Origin: Lama glama | Lineage: Eukaryota | Assembly: GCA_028534125.1 (NCBI GenBank) | Contig: CM052816.1 | Location: forward strand, 36,644,001 to 36,708,000 | Reading direction: 5' to 3' | Length of the DNA: 64,000 nt | Part shown: one piece after another, positions 36,461 to 51,072 of the stretch | Numbering within the stretch: the stretch's first letter is position 1 | Layout of the letters: each line of letters opens with the position of its first letter | Position numbers and translations under genes: made by a program | Notes under the pieces: model-generated | Seen by the model: the letters and a program-made list of their open reading frames with translations, nothing else | The model's database searches: none | Told to the model about the DNA's origin: nothing

Positions 36461-38930
36461 CTGCTTTAAAGAGGAGTTTTTAAAGATGGTGATATAGGAG
36501 GCTCCTGAACTTACCTCTTCCCACAAACACATTAAATGTACAGCTAAACACAGAGCAGTTCTCTCTGAAAGAAATCCAGAAATTAACTGAATGATTCCTA
36601 GACAAGAAAAGACCTACATCAAAATAGATAGAAAGTCTGGGTTGTCCACATAAGTAAAAGTGGGAAGAGTTCATCACCACTAGACCAGACTTGTAAGAAA
36701 TATAAAAGGGCCTTCTTCAAGATAAAAGAAATGAACTCTTGTTAGTAAAAGGAAAACATACGAAAATAAATCTCACTGATAAAGATAAATACATAGTTAA
36801 ATTCAGAATACTTTAATGTTGTAATGGCGGTGGGTAAATCACATATAAATCTAATATGAAGATTAAAAGACAAAAGTAATAAAAATAACTATATAATAAT
36901 CTGTTAAGAGTTAAAAGTAAAAAAGTAAAAAGATGTGATTTGTGGCACCAAAAACATAAAATGTGGGGGAGCAGTGGTAAAAATATAGAGCTTTAGTATG
37001 TACTTTAACTTAAACAGTTATCTGGTTAAGATAGACTATTATAAGTAGTTTTATGTATGTCTCATGATAACCACCAAGCAAAAATGCATAACAGATACAC
37101 AAAGAGGAAGTAATCCAAGCATGCCATGGATTTGTGATGTGTGATGAAAACATCAGATCACAAAGGAAAAAATCAGGAGGAGAGAGTAAAAATAAAGATT
37201 ACAAAATAGCCAGAAAAATTCACAAAATAGCAATCATAGTGCATAGCTATCAATAAACATTTTATGTAAGTTAACTAAATTCCTGAATCAAAAGACATCG
37301 AGCCTTCTTCAAGAAACAAAAATCTCAAATAAACACCTAACTTTATTCCTCAAGGAACTAGAAAAAGAAGAAGAATGAAGCCTAAAGTTAGTAGAAGGAA
37401 ATTTGAAAAAAGTCACAGTGGAAATAAATAAAATAGACACTAAAAAGACAACAGAAAAGATCAAAGAAACTAAGATGTGGTTCTTTGAAAAGATAAAATC
37501 AACAAACTTTTATTTAGATTCATCAAGAATAGAAGAGAGAGGACTCAAAGTCAGAAATGAGAGAGAAGATCTTGCAACTAATATCACAGAAATGCAAAGG
37601 GTCATAAGACACTACTATGAACAACTATACTCAACAAGTTGGAGAACTACAAGAAATGGTAAAGTCCTAGAAACTCACAGCTTATCAAGACTGAGTCAAT
37701 AAGAAAAAGAAAATCTGAACAGACTACTTACTAGAACCAGAAGTCTTCACTGGTAAATCCTACAAAACATTTAAAGAAAAAGTAATACTAATTTTTCTCA
37801 GACTTTTCCATAAAATGGAAAAGGGAATACTACAAGCTAATTTTACAAAGCTATTACTTCCCTGACACCAAAGCCAGGTAAGGACACTAAAGAAAAAGAA
37901 AACTAAAACAATATCCCTGATGAATATAGATGCAAAAATTGTCAACAGAATATCACCAAACCAAATTAAACAGCATACTAAAAGGATCATACACCATGAT
38001 CAAGTGGGATTTATTGCTAGAAATACTAGTCAATCATATATCTGATAAGGAGTTAATATCCAAAATACATAAAGAACTCATACAACTTAATAGCAGGGAA
38101 ATAAGCAATTTGATTTAAAAATGGGCAAAGGAACTAAACAGACATTTTCCAAAGAAGACATACCTGGCCAACAGTTACATGAAAAGGTGTTCAATATCAC
38201 TAATCATCAGGAGAACATGAATCAAAGCCACAGTGAGCTATAATATCATGACTGGAAGGGTAACTGTCAAAAAGGCAAGAGTTAACAAGTGTCACCCAGG
38301 AGGCTGAGACAAAAGAATTTTTATGTACCGTGTGCGAAAATGTAAATTGGTGTAGCCACTGTGGGAAGGAGTATGGAGGTTTCTTTAAAAATTTGAAATA
38401 GAATTATCTTATGATCTATCAATTCCACTTCTGGATATATATATCCAGAGTAAATGATAACAGGATCTTGAAGAGATATCTGTACTTCCACAGTCATTGC
38501 AGCATTATTCACAATAACAAAGATACCAAAACAACCTATGTGTTTGTTAAAGGATGGCTAGATAAAGAAGATTTGAGATATATTGATATAGATATAGATA
38601 TATTATTTATCCATGATAAAGAAGGAAACCCTGCCATTTGTGACGCATGGACACACACCTAGATCTTGAGGGCATTATGCTAAATGAAATGAATTAGACA
38701 GTGAAAGACAAATACTGTGTTATATCACTTATATGTGGAATATAAAAAGTCAAACTCATAAACAGAGACTAGCTTGGTTATCAGGGATTCAGGGGATTGG
38801 GCAATGAGGAGTTTACTCAAAGTGCACAAACTTCCAATTTTAAGGTGAATAAGTTCTAGGTATTTAATATACAGCATGATCTATAATGATATTTAATAAC
38901 ACTGTATTATATACTTGGAATTTAAAAATA
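36461..38930 (+). mobile_element. Internally deleted L1 (L1MA9-like) retaining 5' end, ORF1 end, ORF2 pieces and 3'UTR
   Basis: 5' aagatgg..ggaggctcctgaacttacctcttccca; ORFs 37403..37702 and 37930..38118 are ORF2 pieces; candidate TSD taaaatctt (36452-36460 / 39114-39122). Confidence 0.88.
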
Positions 38931-38935
38931 AAACA

Positions 38936-39113
38936 CAGTTGGCCCTTGAATAATTTGGGGCTAAAGGGGGCCAACCCTCCATGCAGTCAAAAATTCATGT
39001 GTAACTTAAGCTGGCTCTTTGTTTATGTGGTTCCTCTGTATCCACAATTCCACATTCAACCAACTGTGAATCATGTAGTACAGTTCAAACTCATGTTGTT
39101 CAAGGGTCAACTG
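38936..39113 (+). mobile_element. Short Tigger2-family MITE
   Basis: TIRs cagttggcccttgaa / ttcaagggtcaactg, followed by TA. Confidence 0.9.
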
Positions 39114-41554
39114 TAAAATCTTTTTGTCTTTGGCATTTTAAATGCTTATTTCCATTTATATAAATATTAATTATTGTTCATGCTGTTGAATATCTTGATA
39201 CATATTTTTAATTCTGGAAAATTATCACCTATTATCTCTTTTCATTCTGTCTCTTCTATTTTCCTTTCTATTTTTCTGGAACTCCTATTATCATTCTTAA
39301 ATGTCTCTTTTCCATGTTTTTTGAATTTTTATTTTTCATCAGTCTTTCATCTGTGATAATCTAGGTAATTTCTTCTGTTTTATTTTCGAGCTGAGGTTTT
39401 CTTTAGCTATATCTAAACTGTTTAATCCACTGAACACATAATTTCAATAATCATATTTGTATTTCAAGAAGTTCTTGGTAATTCAGATAATATACTTTGT
39501 AATTTGAGGAACTTGTTCTGCTATTTTCTTCCTTCTCATATTTTTATTTTTACCTTTATCCACTTAATTTTTAAATATACATTTTATACTCTATATTGCA
39601 CAATTCTATTATCTGAAAATTCTGGGAGTCTAAGTCTTCTTATTCTTTCACAGTAGCACATTCATTTTTGTGTTGACTAATTTTTAATTGTGTGTTCATA
39701 TCTGTTAAGCTTTATATATAGTAATTTTGTACAGTTACAGTTGAGGGTCATTGTAAAAATAAATTGTCTTTGCTTTTGGTTGGCACCCCAAGGATCTTCA
39801 AAACTATAAACTCGTGAAAGATAAAATCTTTAGTTACAATTTCATAGGTAGGTATTTTCCAACTGGAGTTTAGAACAAGCACATAATTTTTCTTGTTATA
39901 CTCTCTACTAGCAGTAGATACCTCACTTCTGGCATTATTCTGGCATTTCAGTTCGGACTTTGTACTTTCATGGACCCCACCAAGGCTTCAATTCTTATAC
40001 TGATACAGCCATCAGTGTACAAATTCTTGAACACAAATATTGGGGAAGATTCTCAAGTTAACCACGTTAACTTCTAACTAACAAGTTTGGTTTTGGCTTT
40101 CTTTTTATTTTTGATACCTGGTGATTTTCTTTACTTTTTTGTGAGGTAATTTTTATAACTGTGGGGATATTTATAATATTTTAACCAGCATTCATAAGTT
40201 TCTTTTAAGAGAAGTTTATTTGAACTACTTATTCTGTCATATAATTTAGTACTCTTACCCTGTATATGTGTGTGCTGTGTCATTGAACATTTTTCCTGAT
40301 CAACAAAACCAGTATTAACTTAATTGATGGGAAAAAAAAGTCACCATAACTCATACATACTAGTAAGCATTATTTGATGGAGTAGAAAATTTCCACGTTG
40401 TAGTGGCTTTAGTAGGTGAAAAATAGACAAATGGGCTTCAAATGTCATTTTGAACTTTCCTTAAATTATTTTAAAGATTGTGTTTTAATTTAGGAAAGAA
40501 TTCCTCATAGATTCTTAAAAGAGTCTTTGAAATATAGGCACTGGCTATATATGGAACAACACCTAAAAAATTAAAGACAAAATAAGATTATCTGTAATTT
40601 CAGCTCCAGAGGAAAGAATATTAATAAAAACCTTTTATGGATGGTACAAAATGAATATTTGAACTCCTCTACAGTGTCTAAATTCATTTTTTTAAATGAG
40701 TAGCATAACCTAAGTGAGAGAAAAAATAATACAATAAATAATACAATAAAAAAAAAAACTTCCCTGAGTGCTCCTTTGTTTCTTTTCCATTTTATTTTAT
40801 TTCCATTTGCTCTTAAATCACTAATCACCTAATTTCCAAAAGCCACAGTCAATACTGAAGTCATTTACTAGCCTGATAGTCTGAGTCTCATATGCCACAT
40901 TACATAACTATATATGCCAATATAATCAAAATCTTAATGAAACCCAATTAAGCTGTCTGTGCTGTGGCTCTTCAGGTATCTTGTCTCTTTATTATAGAAG
41001 TCAATCGCATTTGTTAAGCTCTTTATACATCTGAACTAAGCCAAGAAATATTTAGCTAAGTGATGTTTTATTGAGATCCTGGGAAAATAAACCAACTCTT
41101 TTCTCTATATTCTTAATTTTTCTTCTTTTCTCCACCTATTTTTTTGTTTGTGTTTGTTCTAACTTGTGTAAAAGTCAAGTTTGGTTCATTTTTACTATTA
41201 TAAGAAATATATGAACACAAGAGTGCATAAATTATATATGTCATTTAAATAATAAGTACTAATGAATATCCATATAACCATCACCTTGTGAAAAAGAGAA
41301 CACTTTTGGAACCCTTGAAGCTTGTGAATGGTCCTCTTCCAAAATATTTCTTCTTGAAATTAGTACTCTCCTGTTCTCTGTTATAATAATCCTTTGCTTA
41401 TCTTTTTAATTTTACTGTTTATTTACCAATTTGTAACACTGTTTCACTTTGCCTGGTCTTAACTCTATGTAAGTTATTTTTACTATGTATAAGTGTGTGC
41501 CTTATTTCTTATGCTAAATATTTATGAGCTTGTTTTATATTGCTGGATACTGCC

Positions 41555-42111
41555 TGTATTAGGAAGGGTTCTCCAGAAAGCAAAAACAATTATTTTTATA
41601 TATATAGTTACACATATGTGTATACATTCCTATACACACACACACACACACATAAATGTATATGGAGAGAGAGAGATTATAGGAATTGAACCACATGATT
41701 ATGGAGGCTGAGTAGTTCTAATATGTGCAGTTTGCAAGCTGGAGAACCAGGAAAGCAGGTGGTGTAATTCAATCCAAGTCCAAAGCCTGAAAGCCAGGAT
41801 GGTCAATGGTCTAAGTTCCACTCTGAATCCAGAGGCCTGAAAACTAGGAGTTCTGACTTCCAAGGGCAGAAGACAGATGTCCCAGTTCAAAGAGAGAGAA
41901 AATTCACCCTTCCTCTGCCTTTTGTTCTATTCAGGCCCTCAAAGATTGGATGATGTTCACCAGCATTGGTGGTTTTTACTCAGTCTACTAATTTGAATGC
42001 TACTATTATCTTCCAGAAGCAACCTGACAGACACACTTAGAAACAAAGTTTTACTACAAGTCTGGGCATCCATTAGCCCAGTCAAATTGATACATAAAAT
42101 TAACCATCACA
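41555..42111 (-). mobile_element. ERVL LTR (MLT2)
   Basis: tgtattag..gggttctccaga..gcaagctggagaaccaggaaagc..cagtcaaattgatacataaaattaaccatcaca. Confidence 0.92.
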
Positions 42112-42126
42112 CACCCCATTCATTTT

Positions 42127-42716
42127 TGAAGAGGTTCAAAACATTTTATACTCAGAATATGCCACTTTGGTATAGTGATTATTTTGAGCGTGATGGCACC
42201 AGAGAAACAGCAGATGCAGAAAGGATTCTCTGATCTTTCCCTTTCTACTTAAAAGCAAGTCACAAAATTAACCATGAGAAAGATACCTTCTCTGTACCAG
42301 GAAAAGAACATTCTTATCACTGGAGACAGAGAAATGGTACCAAGTTTGACCTGTACAAATAAATCTATTAAAATAACCCTTATCTTCTATTAACTTTTCC
42401 TATATATTTCCTAGTCGCCTTCTCACAATTTACTAGTCCCAGCCCAAATATCTTTGTCTTGTCATTTCTCCACAAATTTATCATTTCTTTGTTAAAAGTA
42501 TATATTAGCTCTTGGTCCTAACTGGTTGTTCAGGTCTTCGTTTTCCGTATGAAAATTCCTTTGTGCACACAAAGATATTAAGTAGCATTTATGTGCTTTT
42601 TCTTTTTTCTTTCTTTTTTTTTTTTTTTTTTACTGTAAACCTGTCTTAGGTAAGTTTAATTCTCAGGCTCAGCCACAGAATCTAAGAGACTGGAAGTACT
42701 TTTTTTCTCCCCAATA
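42127..42716 (+). mobile_element. ERV1 solo LTR (MER34 family)
   Basis: aatatgccactttggtatagtgattattttgagc..cagcagatgcagaaagg; tttt flanks on both sides. Confidence 0.85.
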
Positions 42717-45714
42717 TTTTTATACTCTACAGTTTTATGTTGCTTGAATAAAAATTTTTCCATTCTGTGAGTGGTGAAAATATCCAGTTTTAGACTAGTT
42801 TGAAAAAAAAACTGCTGAAAACATTTCTACATGTCCTATGGTACACATAAGCAAATGCTTTTCTGGAGTATATATGCATATAAATTGAGTTGTTATATTG
42901 TAGAATATGTATAACTTAAAATTTCCTAAACAATGTTCCGAAAATAGTACACTATTTTTCACCCATAGTATCCGCATTTCATCCACATCTAGCATTTTCA
43001 GATGCTTTTAAATGTTTGTTGATCTGGTTGATTTTTAATGGAATCTAATTGTGGTTTTTAAATTGCATTTCTCTGATTACTAAGTGAGTTAAAACATTTT
43101 TCACATGTTTGAGGGATTTTGATTTTCTCTTTTCTATAATACCTATATTAAAAATTATCTTTACAAAGCATGTTTGGTAAAGTATATTTGATCAGGTTAA
43201 ACTTGTCTTTAAAACCTAATCAACCTATTGGGTGTGTTGGCTTATCAATGCTTGTTGTTAGACTTGTATATATCCCTGTATTTAGTAGTTAAGACTTGTT
43301 TAGAACTCAGAGCATTGAGTTAAGGTTTAAGAAATATGATGGAATATAAAAGAAAGAAAATATAATACTTAGGTGAGTAAAACTTGTTGACCTCAGAGAG
43401 TTTATTAATAAATTTGAACTGGTATTTTGTAAACTTAATGATTAAAATACTGAAAATGTGTATAGTAAGAGACTTATTTAAGTATATTGAAACTGGTTTA
43501 TGAAGTGTTCAGGGAAAATGTGTATTTTAAGTTAGATTTGAATATTCTACTTTTTAAAAAAAATAGTTATATTGAACACTAGCCAAGTACCTGGGATTAT
43601 TTGAACTAGTTAGAAAAGATAAGCTATAAATAATGTCCTAAAGTTCTGCTCTTGCTATCCAGTGTGCCTCAAGGATGAGATTACCAAGATAGTTATGGAT
43701 AAAGTAATTATGAAATAATAGTAGAAAGTATAAATTAACACACCTTGTGTGTATTATTGGAATTCAGAGAAATAGTCTGTCAATCAGAAAAAATGAGATA
43801 TAGGTGTCTGTGTATTTAAAGATGTGTAAATTGTGGACTGTTAAAATAATCTTGCAATGAGCAAAAAGTATGGGTAGATAAAGGTGAAGCAGGGGAGATT
43901 TTGGTAGAGGAGAGATGTTTATTGAATATTCCTTTAAAACAAAAGCTAAGCTTGACACTCATTGCAGATATATGTCTTTATTCTTCTAGTATTTTAAATG
44001 ATGTTAATTTTATTTAGAGAAACAGTGGTGTTGGATCAATGTTGGTCTTTTGGGTGGGGTCTGATAATATTACCTCTAATGTCTTAAAACTAAATGTCTA
44101 GTTTTCATGCTTAAAACAAATGCTTTTTATTATTTCCTTATGTGCACGCAAACCATTCTGAAGGAAGAATTCTGGCAATTATTTAATTAGTTTGCTCAAT
44201 GGATCTAGTTAATTAAACTAGCAAATTCTGTGAGGCTAGAATTAAATGGTGTTTCCTCATTTAAAAAAATGGCATTGTCAGTGTACAAGCAAAAGTTGTT
44301 TATATGGTCTGATAATCAGCAACTCTCAGTTCTCAGTGACTTAGGATGACAAAGTAGTTTGTGTTTTTATTTTATTTTCTGGTTGTTTCTTGTACAAAAA
44401 CACATCCTAGTCAACAGAGCAACTCTATCCATTGGAACGTCAGAGTCTCAAGTGGACCCAGGCTGATGGGGCGAATACAATATGGAATATTGCTGGTCAC
44501 TTTGCCAGAGGAAAAACAAAGCTCTGAATATTTGTCAACAAACTAAGCATTTTGCCAAGAAGTGTTACAGATCATTTATATACACAAGTTTTAGCCAGAA
44601 CTCCTCAACTGACTCCATGCAACAATAAGGGTCAAGGAAGTAAACTATGTGCCTGAAATGTGCATTAGAAACAGTGAGCAGCACTTAACTTTGCCCATTT
44701 TAAATGACTATATCTTCACTTCACTTCATATAACAGATATAATGTCTTTAATAATAGATAAATGTCTGGTTATTCCCTTTTACTTATCAAAATTGTATAA
44801 TGATTTGATTTTTTTCTGGTTACTTTTTCCTTATTATGTGATCAATAATTTCATTTTTAATGGCTTTATCAACATGGGGTTTTTAGTGTCAATACAAACG
44901 ATAGCCATCATCACTCACAAAAATAATACCATGTGTTTGGCACAATAACAGTACCAGGATTACATGTAACTGCTTCAAAGGTTAATATTTAAACCTACCA
45001 GAAATCATTTATTATTTTGCCGATTTTATTCCAATTAAATAAGACAACATCCAGCTTTTTCATATCTATGTAAAATATTTAACTTCATGGAACATATAAA
45101 TATTAAGAAAGGTATTCAACATCCTGAAGAACAATGGATTTTCCTACTTGAACTCATTTGAACCATCTGGAAACAAAGAAAAATAATAATTTAGAGGTGA
45201 TGATTCAGCATTTTTCCAACAAGAATATGCCTCTGAGAATAAATACAATAAAATCCTAAGTAATCAATCCATACTTTAATGCCTTTGAACAGAGAGTGGG
45301 GTTTCTCCAAAGTTTCCAGATCATTGAGAAAGAAATGAATAACATTGTTTGTGCAAGTGGTTGGGAGTTGGAAAATTAAATTGAAGGATTATGTTTATTA
45401 GGAAAGAGACCATGGGGAAACATTGACTATGAAGGATTTACAAGAACTGATATACCCTCTACAATGTTGTATACATAAGACAATATGTTCCATATTTTGT
45501 GGTAGTTTAACAGACTGTAAAGCATAATTTTGACAAAATGTCCCTCTTACCATTTGACTTAACTCATGAGGTGTAAATCTGCACAAAATATTTCATAGTA
45601 TACAACACATTTGGAAGTCCTGTTAATAGTCATTACACTATTTGTCAGGTATACATGTGAGGCTGTTTTGCTTGTTTTCACTAGTACATTATATTAATAA
45701 TTTTGTCCTATGGA

Positions 45715-46340
45715 AAAAAATTTTAAATAAACTTCAGAATTTCAGAATAGTTTTAGGTTTACAGAAAATTTCCAAAGACAGTATACAGAATTCCTGAATA
45801 CCTCTCACTCATTTAACATCTTACATTGCCATGGTACATTTTTCAAAATGAAGAAACCAACATTGGTAACATTGCCATTAACTAAACTTCATCATTTATC
45901 TGGATTTCCCTAGTTTTTCGCTAATACTCTTTTTCTGTTCCAGGATCCCATCCAGGATACCGCATTACTTTAAACAATATTTTTGTTTGGCCTTCTCTGT
46001 TCTGTGTCAGTTTTTCAAACTTGCCTTTTTTTATGATGATGTTGACATATTTGAAGAGTGCTGGTTAGACTTTTTGTAGAATGCCCCTCAATTTGAGTTT
46101 GATTTTTTTTGTTTGTTCATTTGTTTTTTTCATGGTTAAACTAGGGCTACAGGGCTTTAGGGCAAAAAATACAAAGGTGAAATGCCATTGTTATCACATG
46201 GTCTCAAAGATACACACAATCAAAATGACTTATCACTAAAGATACTAACTCTGATCACCTAGTTCGGGTAGTTTTTGCCATGTTTCTCCATTGTAGTTAT
46301 ACAGCCCCTAACTTTCCCATACTTTATACTTTGGAAAACT
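45715..46340 (-). mobile_element. L1MC-type 3' end
   Basis: ttttaggtttacagaaaa..ttaacatcttacatt..ttctgttccaggatcccatccaggatacc. Confidence 0.85.
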
Positions 46341-47559
46341 TATGGGGATTTTAAAAGATATTTTTCCTTTAGAATTTTAGAAAAAAGCATGACGACTAAA
46401 CCCTTAACAGCACAGAAGAAAGCAATAAAGTTACAAACGTTAAAGTTAAATTCCTACCAAAGGACAGAATGTTGCTTCTTCATCCTGGAAAAAAAATAAG
46501 CCAGTTTACATATCTTCAAATAGAAGATAGTCTTTGTCTCATTAAATGCTCATCATTAATGTTAAGATTTAGATTTTATGCCTTAATGAAGCTTAATTGC
46601 TACACTTACAGGGAATTTAAAATTTTGGTGAATGTGTTCCGAAATCAGTCACTAAAAATTGTTGAGGCAGAGATTAAAATAAAGAATTACATAAAAGAGC
46701 CAAACTGTAAAAAGTTAATGAAATTATTCTGAAAGAATAGAAGTCATTTAAAGATTAAAGAACTACAGAATAACTATTTTAAAGTATGAATAGAGAGACG
46801 AATTATATTACTAGAATTAAGTGTGCTTGAACAAATAAATATAAGCCAGCTAAGCGTCACAATTATTTGAAGCTCCAAGACAGCTTTTTATAATCTCTTC
46901 ATCCTAGGTAATCAGAACATTTTTAACTGATTTGAAAGGCAAAGACTAATGGGTATGCCAGGATAAAGACAGACAAGTCAGTTAAGGAAGCCTAGAAATT
47001 GATAAGATTTCTTTCATGAGATGTTAACATTTTTCAATTAATTTATTCCTATTCTGATTAATTAGGAGAATATTTTGAGAGGATTCTGGAAGATTTATTG
47101 CTAATTACTTTGGCTCAGACTTGGTGCCTACTACAGGATATAGTGACAGCCCTTACATAGGGTTATATTTATTAGGAGAGTAAAATCCCTAGATTAGGTC
47201 ACTGCTTAAATGGATATTTTTAAGTAAAATTTCCTTCTTTTTAATGTATGTCCTTCATAAATAGGAATAACAATGTGAATTAAAAATGGTAACTGTTGAG
47301 CTTTAACATTTTACACGAGTTAGTCAAAACATTTGTCCATTCTCCCCATAGAAATTAAAGAAGCTGTGTCTTTATATCTATCAGTTATACTGTATTAAAA
47401 TTATAATCTATTAAAATCAATTATACTCTATACATTTGTCAATGGTATATTTCAAGTAAAAGCAGTTTTGAAACTTTAGTTTTCTTTTCAGAATCATAGT
47501 AGAAACTGGAAATTATATTAATATTTGCAGTTCAGACCTGTGAGTGTTTTTCCCACCTA

Positions 47560-48135
47560 TAATAGTCTAGTCTCCCTCCTGTCAATATAGCATCCCATGC
47601 CAATCAGTTTCCCAGTACTAGAAGTTTTATTGTTTTAAATTACTCATCATAACACACTAAGTAAACAAAAAAAAAAAATCAAAGCATTCTAACTGCTTAA
47701 AAATGGTTTGACTCTCTTAGTATATTTCACGAGGCTGACCAGTCTGGGACTCAGGTCTCTCTAGTTGAAAATTAGGCTCAGGTACACCAATGTGTTTTCA
47801 GTGCCTTTATTTTCTCATGCTTATTGCCCTTGCATTGATGTCATTTCAGCACACAGTATCTACCTGTTTACTTCCCATTTTTAAAGATTCTATTAGGTAC
47901 CTCTGTGAATTCTTTTCAAATTTCCCAGGAGCACCTTCTTGCCTCTTTAGTTAGTGCTGAGCATATTCCCAATGAATGTGCATCTTATGGTTTGAGTACT
48001 GCTTGTTTAGTCATTTTTCTTTTACTCTAGAATGTGTAAGGAATTTTGCATTTCGCATTCCTCATCTCAAGTCTATATAGCAGCACAGTCCCTGCCAAAG
48101 AGTAAACCACCAAATAAATATTGATGAAGGAAAGC
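47560..48135 (+). mobile_element. L2 3' fragments
   Basis: Ends agcacagtccctgcc..aataaatattgatgaagga. Confidence 0.5.
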
Positions 48136-49079
48136 ATAGAAAATGTATAGTGTTTTTAATTGTGGTAAGGAAAATAAATGCCATTAAGAAATACCTAAAT
48201 AATTTCTTATTTATAGTATAAGAAATATTTTTTCCTCACTTGTTTAATATGATAGATACTGATATGACAATCTCCTTAAAATGTCTTTTTTTTTTTTTTG
48301 CCTGCCAAAACATTACAAGAGTCTTATCTAAAAGTTTGTTCATTTCCTCTTTTCCTCATTTTAGGAGAGTCAGTAAACCACTGGTGTCTACATGCCTAAA
48401 AACTGATGTTACAAGAGCATCTAGCATAATATTATTCCTCTAAGTACTGGAAAATACAAAGAAGCAAAAAGATTAACATTTATAACTCTTTTAAGTTATG
48501 ATTTTCTAAACCACACTTCCTGAAACCTCTTCTCGGAGCCACCAAATCTAGTTTTGTGAAATTCCTTATTGAGCTGCTGTGTCCATTTCCTTCTCATTTC
48601 CATCCTGACAGACACTTCGTACTCTGGATGTTTTCCAAAGGCAAACTCTTAAGTCTTTAGGGTGATTGGATGTATAGTGGGGCAGTAAAGATCGTGTGTT
48701 GTTTGGAGAAACTCTATCACTGAAAAATTCTGATTCCTCCCACCCATGACTGCCCTACCACAACTTCAGAAAACAATTACTCTACTCTTTGGGAGTTAAA
48801 AGGATGGTAAGTGTCTCAACCTGGATAGAGAGTATGACTTTACTAAGGTAAATATGCGAGAGAGAAAGAGAAATCTGTTTTTAAAAGAATGGTAAGTTTG
48901 ACTGTTCGCATGTGGAGCTGACTGGAAGCAATTAGAAAAAAAAAATTAGACTCAGTCATTAAAGAGCCACAGAACCTTAGTTCAAAAGAGAAAGGTTGTG
49001 CAAAACTTAAAATGATGTATGAGTACCTAATAGTCTACAAGCCGGAGGAAGGCTGAAGTGAGCATATTCTTCAATGCTG

Positions 49080-50013
49080 TCTTCAGATATGGCTCAAGAG
49101 AATCATGGAGAAGGAAGTACTTCCCAGGGGCCAGAACTAAGGGCCATGGAGGACAATAAGCTTTGAGGCTACCTTCAGGGAGTAAGAAAGGTGACTTAAT
49201 CAAAGAATATTCCCTCTCCCCCAAATCTGGTATTGTGGAACAACAACTGTTTTGTGTCTTGAGTTCTGCTATCTGAAGGGGATTTTTTTCTGTGATTAAT
49301 TGGTCCCTATTCCACTGCTGTATAGTGTGTAGGTGCTGTAGGAGTGTGTGTGTGTGTGTGCATGTGCATGTGTGCATGCTGTTAACCTGGCTTTCTCAAA
49401 CTTCGATCTGTGAATCAGGAATATTCACATCTGGAACAAATACAGAGTCTATATCAGGATCTTGGACTTTGAGCCTTACACTGTGATTTGATAGGACTTT
49501 ATAGTGTCTCCTAAGGAAGTAGATAAGGACATTTTACCTATAGCAGGGAGGGAGGTAAACATTTGTGGCCAAAAGCATTGCCTATGGAATATTACAGTAT
49601 TCTTTCCAATCATTTGGTGCACTTGCCATGTGATATGCAGTACCCCCTTATAAAAGGAGTATATTCCCTCACCCCATTGACTTCTGTCTGTAACAATGTC
49701 ACTTGCAATATAGCACATACAGTAAGATGTGTGCAGAAGTAATGAGTATAACACAACTGAGAAGAATCTTTAAATAAGGGTGATAATATGGCTTGGCATC
49801 TCTCCCTTTTCCCTTCTGCTATCAATATAGACTGTTACCTGATTGCTAGAATGAAAAAGACCCGTAGAAGACTACTGAGGTGGGGGCATACCTGACTTGC
49901 AGCTGCTACAGCTTTCATGTAACATGAGCAAGAAATAAACCTTTGTTGATTCAACCTATTGAGATTTTAAGATTATCTATTTCCAAAGCATAACCTACTA
50001 ACAGCTAACTAGT
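49080..50013 (+). mobile_element. MaLR internal 3' end plus old MLT1 LTR (~49583-50013)
   Basis: ttggactttgagcc..atttgtggccaaaag before the LTR; catgagcaagaaataaacctttgttg..gagattt..agcataacc in the LTR. Confidence 0.75.
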
Positions 50014-50941
50014 AACCACCTAAGGGTCATTTTCTCCTAATTTTACTTATACCACCTGGCACAGTGCCACAAATTTCCTACTAAATAAATACTTAATATG
50101 CACATGAGTGAAGGCATGAAGATGTCTAGCTGTTCATCATAGAGCATCTTGTTTAAGAAAAGCCCCATTAAGGATTTATTTTGTCCTTGATGCCTGAGTC
50201 CTTAGGTGACTTCAGGACCCAAATCTTCTAGAGGACTGAAATTTCTTGGGATGAAAAATCAACATTGCCAAATTAAGAATGCAGAATGCATTTGATATCT
50301 TGGTATCAATTATCTCATTCATATGTCTGAATGGATGAGAATTCACATTAATGCAAAATGTCTAATATTGCCTTCAAGTCAATAAGGAAAAGGTAAAAAC
50401 TTGTATAGAAAAAAATGGGCAAGAAGAAATTAAAATGGCTCAAATGAAAGTTGCATAAAAATTAAAGTTAACCAGATATCATTTTTCAAATGTTAAATTT
50501 AATATATATATAACAAATTGTGATAAGCCATTGCCTTGGCAGCCAAGTAGGCAAACTCATATATTGCTGATAGAGCTTTTTGAGATGATAGTTTGGCAAT
50601 GTCCACCAATATTTACAAAATAGATAGCTTTTAATTCAACAATTCTAATTAACAACTTATCATACAGATATATATATAAGCAAATGACCTACACATAAGG
50701 ATGTTTGATAAAATATTGTTTGCAATATATAGTAAAAGAATGGAAATAATCTGAATGTCAGCAGGGGAATTAATGATGTACCTGTGTAGACATTATAAAG
50801 GATGAGTAATTTTATGTATAATCATCTGGAAATATACCCAAAATATATTGTTATGTGAAAAAAGGAAGGTGAAGAGCATGCACCACGTTGCCATACATAT
50901 CTGATTAAAATATATTTACATAAATACATACGATGTATAGT

Positions 50942-51072
50942 TAGGGTGACCACATAATTTAGTTTGCCCAGTGTATTTCTGATTTTCACCTATTGTCCTA
51001 GCATAACTAAAACTTGCACACCCTTTTACTCTCACAAGGGCCTCAGTTTAGTTGATAAATTACATGTACCTT
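50942..51072. mobile_element. hAT MITE (MER96/MER53-like) within an L1ME remnant
   Basis: Degenerate TIRs tagggtgaccacataattt / aaattacatgtacctta; 8-bp flanks tgtatagt/catatagg. Confidence 0.6.

Larger units (their letters stand above)
35440..40250 (-). mobile_element. Ancient L1M fragments, host of the insertions at 36461-39113
   Basis: T-rich antisense L1 motifs (tattttgtctaatagtaat, tctgtcttttaactgga, tctgctgtcaatctgat) on both sides of the insertions. Confidence 0.6.
41190..43140 (-). mobile_element. Ancient L1ME 3' region, split by MLT2 and MER34 LTRs
   Basis: aattgcatttctctgattactaagtgagttaaaacatttttcacatgttt and similar motifs. Confidence 0.65.
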
